Assembly (NCBI RefSeq): GCF_000341895.1
Contig: NC_020409.1
Coordinates: 1,440,001-1,472,000 of the forward strand
Reading direction: 5' to 3'
DNA from: Pseudodesulfovibrio piezophilus C1TLV30
GTDB taxonomy: Bacteria > Desulfobacterota > Desulfovibrionia > Desulfovibrionales > Desulfovibrionaceae
DNA length: 32,000 nt
A program made the position numbers and the translations under genes. Positions 26,293 to 32,000 of this stretch are shown piece by piece. The notes under the pieces were generated by a model, which ran no database searches, was not told the origin of the DNA, and saw only the letters and a program-made list of their open reading frames with translations. Each line of letters begins with the position of its first letter. Within the stretch, counting starts at the first letter, position 1.

Positions 26293-27312
26293 TCATGCCA
26301 ACCATGCAAAAACCCACGCCAAAAGAGGAAGTGTCATGGCGCAAGCAAATAAAATCCCATCAATTCGCCTGGAAGGCACTCCCCTGCGAGTTCCGGTCAA
26401 ACCGACAATAAAACCAAGACCAAGGCCGGAGACAAATCCGAAAAAGTGCCCACCCAAGTCAGTATTCTCACCTGCTCCCAACATGGCAAGCAACCCCAAA
26501 CCAGCCGCCACAGGGATTACCGCCGATCCGATAAATCGTGAAAATCGCCGCAAGCAGGCTCCAGTCCCGAATCCATGAATTCCCCCGCCAATACCAAAAG
26601 GGGAAATACCTGCCAGCAACCCGGCTGCGGCAAATACAGCAGTGGAGAATCCAATGGCATCATGAGGTGCCGCAAGAGCCAGGGAATTTAGAATATTTCC
26701 CAACCCTCCACCCAGAATCGTCATTATCCAGGCAAGCCCCGAACCGAGACGACACGCCACCAACCAGACAAAAACACCGCCTATGAGCGCATTCCCCATA
26801 ACATGAGCGCCATCTGCATGAAGGGTCAATGCAGTAAGAACACGCCACCACTCTCCCCCCAAAATACGCCCCGCATCCGCGCTCCCCGAAGAGAGCCACC
26901 ACCCCGGATGTAGAGCCAAAGCAGGATATGTCCGACCATAAACCCAAAAAAACAGCACCATTCCAAGCATTGCCGTGATTGTGGCCCAGGGACCACTGAT
27001 CGGACTCAACACAGAAGGAGGGCCAGCCCCCTCATCAGGAGCATTCTCTTCCATATAAAGGAGAATTTCATCAATTGCCTGATCAGCGAACCATGGGCTG
27101 ACCTGAACCACATATATCTGCTCCCCTGTCCGTGTCAGACGACTGATGCGACAGGGGATATGGCGAGAGGCAAGGACTAATGCCCAGAGCTGAGCAGTGG
27201 ACAGAGCAAGAGATCCCACATTTTCCTCATCTTCAAACACACGAGGAACGATATTCACCCATGCAGATCTGAGGTAATGAGACAGAAAGTCGTGGAAGAG
27301 AGTATTGGGCAT
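26293..27312 (-). CDS. Rhomboid-family intramembrane serine protease with ~100-aa cytoplasmic N-terminal domain
   Basis: 339 aa. Contains the HADGAHVMGN motif, the catalytic Ser context GFSTAVF, and the catalytic His in GGHFFGFVSG (HxxGxxxG). Confidence 0.85.
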   Translation of the reverse strand: MPNTLFHDFLSHYLRSAWVNIVPRVFEDEENVGSLALSTAQLWALVLASRHIPCRISRLTRTGEQIYVVQVSPWFADQAIDEILLYMEENAPDEGAGPPSVLSPISGPWATITAMLGMVLFFWVYGRTYPALALHPGWWLSSGSADAGRILGGEWWRVLTALTLHADGAHVMGNALIGGVFVWLVACRLGSGLAWIMTILGGGLGNILNSLALAAPHDAIGFSTAVFAAAGLLAGISPFGIGGGIHGFGTGACLRRFSRFIGSAVIPVAAGLGLLAMLGAGENTDLGGHFFGFVSGLGLGFIVGLTGTRRGVPSRRIDGILFACAMTLPLLAWVFAWLA

Positions 27313-27414
27313 CAGGCATCACTTTAAGGGAAAATGGTCTCTAGGCATAGGAGGGATATCTTGCGAAAACAGGAAGGCCAGCCTATACAGGGAAAAATCG
27401 TTCACGGAGTCATC

Positions 27415-28527
27415 ATGTTGATACGCTGCCTTACTCTTCTCATCGCCCTGTTCTCCCTCTCATGCCATTCTGCCATGGCTCAGCAACTCGACGTCATGGT
27501 CGGGCAAATGATCATGGCAGGATTTCGTGGTCAGACCGTCACGAAATCAAGTCAAATCATGCAGGATATACGAGAACGCCATCTGGGAGGCGTCATCCTC
27601 TTCGACTATGATGTCATGCGCGGCTGGTACAGCAGAAACATAAAAAATCAGGCGCAGGTTTCACGACTGACGGCAGACCTGAATGCAGCGGCTACCATCC
27701 CCCTGATTGTCGCGGTCGACCAGGAAGGCGGCGCAGTGCAGCGCCTCAAAAAACAATACGGCTTTAGCGAGACGCCATCAGCCCAGATTCTCGGGAAAAA
27801 GGATGATCAAGCTGTACTGGAAGCAGGAGAAAAAGTTGGCAAGGAGCTGAAAAAAGTTGGCTTCACGCTCGACTTTGCGCCGGTTGCCGATGTCAATATC
27901 CGCCCGGACAGTCCCGCTATCGGCAAGATCGGACGCAGCTTCTCCGCTGATCCGGAACGAGTCGCAGTTTGTGACAGACTTTTCATCAAGGGGCTTGCTC
28001 ACCATGACATTCTGGGATGTCTCAAACACTTTCCGGGCCATGGCAGTGCCGGAACCGACAGCCATCAAGGGCTGACCGATGTGACTGGTTCCTGGTCGGA
28101 AAAAGAATTGATTCCCTATCGCCGCCTGATCGCGGACGGCACCGCCAAAGTGATCATGACCGCTCATATCTTCAATTCGCGGCTGGACCCGAAATTCCCA
28201 GCCACACTCTCACACAAAGTCATCACTGGCCTGCTGCGCGAACAGCTCGGATTTGATGGAGTCGTTGTCACCGATGACATGAACATGGGTGCCATCACCG
28301 CTCACTACGGACTTGAAGAATCAGTTCGTCTTGCCATTCAGGCAGGCGCTGATATTCTGCTCTTTGGTAACAATCTGACATTTGACCCGATGATCGTCAC
28401 TCACGCGCACCGCACCATCATGAAGCTGGTCTCTGATGGAGTTATATCAAGGGATAGGATAGCGGAGTCCTACGCCAGAATAATGAAACTCAAAGGATTT
28501 CAAGACAAAGTCACTCCGGAGGAGTAA
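27415..28527 (+). CDS. Secreted glycoside hydrolase family 3 (beta-N-acetylhexosaminidase-like)
   Basis: The ATG at 27415 gives the signal peptide MLIRCLTLLIALFSLSCHSAMA. GH3 N-terminal domain motifs are present: GGVILF, VDQEGG.VQR, KHFPGHG and VVTDDM. Confidence 0.88.
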   Translation: MLIRCLTLLIALFSLSCHSAMAQQLDVMVGQMIMAGFRGQTVTKSSQIMQDIRERHLGGVILFDYDVMRGWYSRNIKNQAQVSRLTADLNAAATIPLIVAVDQEGGAVQRLKKQYGFSETPSAQILGKKDDQAVLEAGEKVGKELKKVGFTLDFAPVADVNIRPDSPAIGKIGRSFSADPERVAVCDRLFIKGLAHHDILGCLKHFPGHGSAGTDSHQGLTDVTGSWSEKELIPYRRLIADGTAKVIMTAHIFNSRLDPKFPATLSHKVITGLLREQLGFDGVVVTDDMNMGAITAHYGLEESVRLAIQAGADILLFGNNLTFDPMIVTHAHRTIMKLVSDGVISRDRIAESYARIMKLKGFQDKVTPEE

Positions 28528-28548
28528 CATTCCGATTCGCATTCAATT

Positions 28549-29016
28549 TTACCAGAACAACCCGCCACCCTTTTGAGAGCCAAAGACCATGGGTTCAGGG
28601 TCTGTGTCCTTGAACAACTCCATCTCGTCCCCATCTACCTTCACCTTGGTGATGGTCGGCAAAAAGCTCAGATAGGTATATTCCTGCTCATCGGCGGCTG
28701 GGCCACATGTCTTCTTGGTGCTCGTCAACTGCCCAAATGTGAGATTTTCCCCGTTCAGGGAATAGGGTCCTGAAAAATCGTTACACCCTCCATTGCCCCG
28801 AACTGTTCCATCAGCCAAGAACTCCAGGGTCAATGGGACGTTCCCCCGCACCTCTCGTCTGAACAAGGACTCACAATTCCAGATTGTCCCTACAAGGGCA
28901 TTTCTGACGGCTCCGGGATCGGTCGGGATCGTTTTACCGGAGCCACACCCGGCCATAGTCACGATCACAAGCGATAATATAAAAACAAGGACGCAACGAG
29001 GGCGACAATTCAACAT
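28549..29016 (-). CDS. META-domain (HslJ-like) lipoprotein
   Basis: Lipobox VTMAGC. The GGCNDFSGPYSLNGENLTFGQLTSTKKTC pattern is typical of the META domain. Confidence 0.8.
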   Translation of the reverse strand: MLNCRPRCVLVFILSLVIVTMAGCGSGKTIPTDPGAVRNALVGTIWNCESLFRREVRGNVPLTLEFLADGTVRGNGGCNDFSGPYSLNGENLTFGQLTSTKKTCGPAADEQEYTYLSFLPTITKVKVDGDEMELFKDTDPEPMVFGSQKGGGLFW

Positions 29017-29162
29017 TGAAAAACTCCTTAAAATATATGTACAGCGTCAGAAATAACAGGTCTTTCGAGCAATTGGCAAGGAACAATGAAAACCCCGGCC
29101 CGCAATGAAGAAGTGAGGACGCCTTGGCGTCACTGCCAGAACGACGGCATCGCGCCTCGAAA

Positions 29163-29894
29163 TCACTCGGAAAGTCCAGCCATCAATTCGGGAAGGATAT
29201 CACTGGCCTTGCCGTGGAGGGCAAAATCCATAAATCCGGAAATGGGGGTCGGCTCACGGTTAATCTCCACTGTCACCGCGCCATGGTCCTTGGCCAGCTG
29301 ATAAAATGACGCAGCGGGTTGCGCCAGACTGGATGTCTCCACTGCCAGAAACACATCGGATTTATTGATCTCGTCGATGGCAACCCTGAGCACTCCGGGA
29401 ATCAAAGGTTCACCAAACCAGACCACGCCAGGACGCAAGAGATGCCCACACACGGGGCATTCCGGCATAGGAGGCAATGGGGAGAAATCCTCCCGTGCAT
29501 GAGTACATTTCGTGCATTTAATCTGCCAAAGACTCCCGTGCATTTCCATGATCTTCCGAGACCCGGCCCGACAGTGCAACCCATCGACATTCTGCGTTAT
29601 CAAAAGGAAATTGTTTTTTTTCCTCTCCATTTCCGCAAGGGCCAGATGGGCTGCATTCGGCTCGCTCTCCCGAAGAGATTCACGACGCCAATTGTAGAAT
29701 TCCCATACCAACTCAGGTCTTGCTTCAAAGGCATCTGGCCTCGCCAGATCCTCCGGGCGATAATTCTTCCATGAACCATCACGCCCCCTGAAGGTCGGCA
29801 CACCGCTTTCAACAGAAATCCCCGCCCCGGTCAGGACAACCGTTCTTCTGCTCCCCGAAAGGACCGCCTTGACCATTTCCAACTCACCCAACAT
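29163..29894 (-). CDS. cobB: NAD-dependent protein deacylase (Sir2 family)
   Basis: Contains GAGISVESGVPTFRG, QNVDGLH, the Zn module CTKC...CPVC, and VWFGE. Confidence 0.9.
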   Translation of the reverse strand: MLGELEMVKAVLSGSRRTVVLTGAGISVESGVPTFRGRDGSWKNYRPEDLARPDAFEARPELVWEFYNWRRESLRESEPNAAHLALAEMERKKNNFLLITQNVDGLHCRAGSRKIMEMHGSLWQIKCTKCTHAREDFSPLPPMPECPVCGHLLRPGVVWFGEPLIPGVLRVAIDEINKSDVFLAVETSSLAQPAASFYQLAKDHGAVTVEINREPTPISGFMDFALHGKASDILPELMAGLSE

Positions 29895-29972
29895 AAATAT
29901 TTACCCATATATTTTATCGTATTCAACAACACATCAAACACAGCCCTATCAGGGAGAATTCCGCAGGACAAC

Positions 29973-30001
29973 TTGCAATCCAGCCGAATACGCGGCATAG
30001 T
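29973..30001 (+). promoter_or_regulatory. Candidate sigma70-type promoter for icd
   Basis: TTGCAA (29973-29978), a 17-nt spacer, then CATAGT (29996-30001). It lies inside the ORF-track 5' extension of icd. Confidence 0.4.
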
Positions 30002-30068
30002 CCGCTTCCACATTCAAAAGACCCCCGACCAAAAACACCCGCTTATTTTCCACTATAAGGAGGACCCC

Positions 30069-31211
30069 TTGGCAGAGAAGACAGTATACTACATCGAAGG
30101 TGACGGTATCGGCCCGGAAGTATGGAAGGCCGGCCGCCCGGCTCTCGATGCCGCAGTCAGCAAGGCATACGGCACAGAAAAAAAACTCAACTGGGTTGAA
30201 CTGCTGGCCGGTGAAAAAGGCTTTGCTGAAACAGGCGAGCATCTGCCCAAAGCGACCATGGATGCCCTTGCCGGGGCCGAACTGGCCATGAAAGGACCAC
30301 TCAACACTCCGGTTGGCAAAGGTTTCCGCAGTCTCAACGTCACCATGCGCCAGGTCTTTGATCTGTACGCCTGTATTCGTCCCATCAAATATTTCAAGGG
30401 AATCGAATCCCCTGTCAAGCGTCCGGACCTCGTGGACATGACCGTGTTTCGAGAAAACACCGAGGATGTTTACGCAGGAATTGAATATCAGTCAGGCAGC
30501 CCGGAAGCCAAGAAATTAATCGAATTTCTTGTGGACGAATTAGGAGCCAAGATTGATATGACAGCCGGTGTCGGCATCAAGCCAATCACACCCGCAGGTT
30601 CCAAACGGCTGGTCAAGAAAGCCCTTGATTTTGCCATTGAACACAACAAGCCGTCAGTCACCCTTGTCCACAAAGGCAATATCATGAAAACCACGGAAGG
30701 TGGTTTCCGGGCATGGGGATACGAATTGGCAGATGAAGACTACAAGGGCCAGGTTGTTCGTGAAGGCGAAGAAGGTGAAGGTGTCATCATCAAGGACCGC
30801 ATTGCTGATGCCATGTTCCAGAATGTTCTGATGTATCCGGAACAATACTCTGTGCTCGCCACCACCAACCTCAACGGCGATTACATCTCTGATGCCCTCG
30901 CTGCCCAGGTCGGTGGGCTTGGTCTTGCCCCCGGTGTCAACATGGGCGACACGCTCGCCTTCTTCGAACCGACTCACGGTACTGCTCCGACCATCGCAGG
31001 CAAGGATATGGCCAACCCTGGTTCCCTGATCCTTTCCGGTGCCATGATGCTGGAGCACATCGGCTGGCATGAAGCCGCAGCCCTGATCCATGCCTCCGTG
31101 GAAAAGGCGCTCGCAGCCAAAAAGGTCACTGTTGATCTCGCCGTCCAGATCCCTGGGTCCACTCAGATCGGATGTCAGGAGTTCGGTGATATCCTGCTGT
31201 CACAACTCTAG
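30069..31211 (+). CDS. icd: NADP-dependent isocitrate dehydrogenase
   Basis: The TTG at 30069 lies 4 nt after AAGGAGGA. There is no in-frame ATG upstream of the conserved YIEGDGIGPEV. Further motifs are KGPLNTPVG.GFRSLNV..R, FRENTED.YAG and NLNGDYISDA. Confidence 0.93.
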   Translation: MAEKTVYYIEGDGIGPEVWKAGRPALDAAVSKAYGTEKKLNWVELLAGEKGFAETGEHLPKATMDALAGAELAMKGPLNTPVGKGFRSLNVTMRQVFDLYACIRPIKYFKGIESPVKRPDLVDMTVFRENTEDVYAGIEYQSGSPEAKKLIEFLVDELGAKIDMTAGVGIKPITPAGSKRLVKKALDFAIEHNKPSVTLVHKGNIMKTTEGGFRAWGYELADEDYKGQVVREGEEGEGVIIKDRIADAMFQNVLMYPEQYSVLATTNLNGDYISDALAAQVGGLGLAPGVNMGDTLAFFEPTHGTAPTIAGKDMANPGSLILSGAMMLEHIGWHEAAALIHASVEKALAAKKVTVDLAVQIPGSTQIGCQEFGDILLSQL

Positions 31212-31235
31212 AGTCCCCAAAAAGATTCATATCCT

Positions 31236-31266
31236 GGCCGGTCTTTTCACAAGGACCGGCCTTTTT
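31236..31266 (+). terminator. Rho-independent terminator after icd
   Basis: Stem GGCCGGTC (31236-31243) with GACCGGCC (31254-31261), then T5. Confidence 0.75.
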
Positions 31267-31416
31267 CATACCTCCATTGCCAATCACACTCTTCGCGATT
31301 GAGAACACGTATCTTTTCTTGTTCTCCCTCCTACCAAGAGAGGAAAAAATGAGGAAATAACCCAACAAGGTCTTATTTGGCTTGCCTAAATTTGCCCTGT
31401 CCACTAAACGGGATGA

Positions 31417-31977
31417 ATGTCTGAAAATGAGAAAAAAATACTGATTCTTGGCGTCGGAAACATCCTCTATACGGACGAAGGCTTTGGAGTCCGTGTTGCT
31501 GAGGAATTGGATCAGAAGTATCAATTCTCCCCCAATGTCGAGATTCTTGATGGTGGCACACTGGGACTGAGGCTGATGGGCCCCATCATGGATGCGGACT
31601 ATCTGATCATTATTGACATTGTGCTCAATGAAGGTGCTCCAGGTGACATGTTCCGATTGCTTGGTAATGACCTGCAAAAGGCCTGTGCTTTCAAAAATTC
31701 CATGCACCAAACCGACTTGCTTGATACCTTGGCCCAGTGTAGTCTGATGGGGAAGGTCCCGGACGATGTCATCCTCTATGGCATTGAACCGGTCAATTAC
31801 AAGGATATGTCCGCGGCCTTGACTCCTGAACTAGAAGCCAGGATTCCCGAGGTTATGGAGACAGTGCTCAAGGAAGTTGAAAAGGCGGGTGGAACTTACA
31901 CCCTTCGGACAGAGACGAACCCCGCTACGGAGAAAGTGTATGTGCCTCGCGATACCAGCAGAAATTCTGGAAATTAA
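31417..31977 (+). CDS. [NiFe]-hydrogenase maturation endopeptidase (HybD/HyaD/HynC family)
   Basis: Contains ILILGVGNILYTDEGFG, LDGGTLG, LIIIDIV and SMHQ. These supply the E/D/H metal ligands of the family. Confidence 0.9.
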   Translation: MSENEKKILILGVGNILYTDEGFGVRVAEELDQKYQFSPNVEILDGGTLGLRLMGPIMDADYLIIIDIVLNEGAPGDMFRLLGNDLQKACAFKNSMHQTDLLDTLAQCSLMGKVPDDVILYGIEPVNYKDMSAALTPELEARIPEVMETVLKEVEKAGGTYTLRTETNPATEKVYVPRDTSRNSGN

Positions 31978-32000
31978 TGACGGAGTCGCCACCTGTAAAG
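31977..32000 (+). CDS. Start of a downstream gene (partial, unidentified)
   Basis: The ATG at 31977 overlaps the protease stop (TAATG) and reads MTESPPVK before the window ends. Only 8 codons are visible. Confidence 0.25.

Noticed and set aside
1-32000. Search for CRISPR arrays, tRNA/rRNA genes, IS elements, integrases, reverse transcriptases, toxin-antitoxin pairs and known multi-gene defence systems.
   Set aside because: I found no regularly spaced repeats, no cloverleaf-like tRNA sequences that I could recognise, and no transposase, recombinase or RT motifs in any ORF-track translation. The window therefore looks like core chromosome rather than a mobile or defence island.

Overview
This window is a densely coding chromosomal segment of about 50% GC by eye. 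It has about 30 protein genes on both strands. The gene content is typical of a sulfate-reducer-like (Desulfovibrionaceae-style) deltaproteobacterium; that placement is inferred from gene content and is not verified.

Genes from left to right:
- A signalling cluster: a hybrid histidine kinase with a periplasmic solute-binding-like sensor, a small zinc-ribbon ORF, and a PAS-GGDEF cyclase.
- An AhpF-architecture thioredoxin reductase.
- An orphan DUF2971 gene set off by a terminator.
- An ICMT-like membrane methyltransferase, divergent from a TetR gene and a TRAP transporter operon that carries two tandem DctP paralogs.
- A small outer-membrane beta-barrel protein.
- A GT2 glycosyltransferase with a long uncharacterised C-terminal domain.
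- A 430-bp ORF-free spacer, then a Cys-rich small ORF and a Cys-rich secreted protein.
- A zinc-ribbon membrane protein, an HD-domain protein and an M48 lipoprotein peptidase.
- A 570-aa orphan protein.
- purU, gmhA, a 124-aa orphan and a DUF3592-like protein.
- A rhomboid plus metal ABC (ZnuCB-like) cluster with no binding protein.
- A secreted GH3 hydrolase, a META-domain lipoprotein, a Sir2 deacylase and icd.
- A hydrogenase maturation protease with no hydrogenase structural genes beside it.

I saw no rRNA, tRNA, CRISPR array, transposase, integrase, reverse transcriptase or recognised defence or toxin module. I do not see a compelling multi-gene novel system.

The best leads are single genes or small loci:
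- the DUF2971 orphan
- the 570-aa orphan
- the GT2 and Cys-rich ORF neighbourhood
- the SBP-less rhomboid-ZnuCB cluster
- the ORF-free structured first 550 bp
- a cluster of long poly-C/G tracts in and around the signalling genes

Coordinates of hairpins and motifs were counted by hand and may be off by 1-2 nt. No identity percentages, GC values or database hits were computed.
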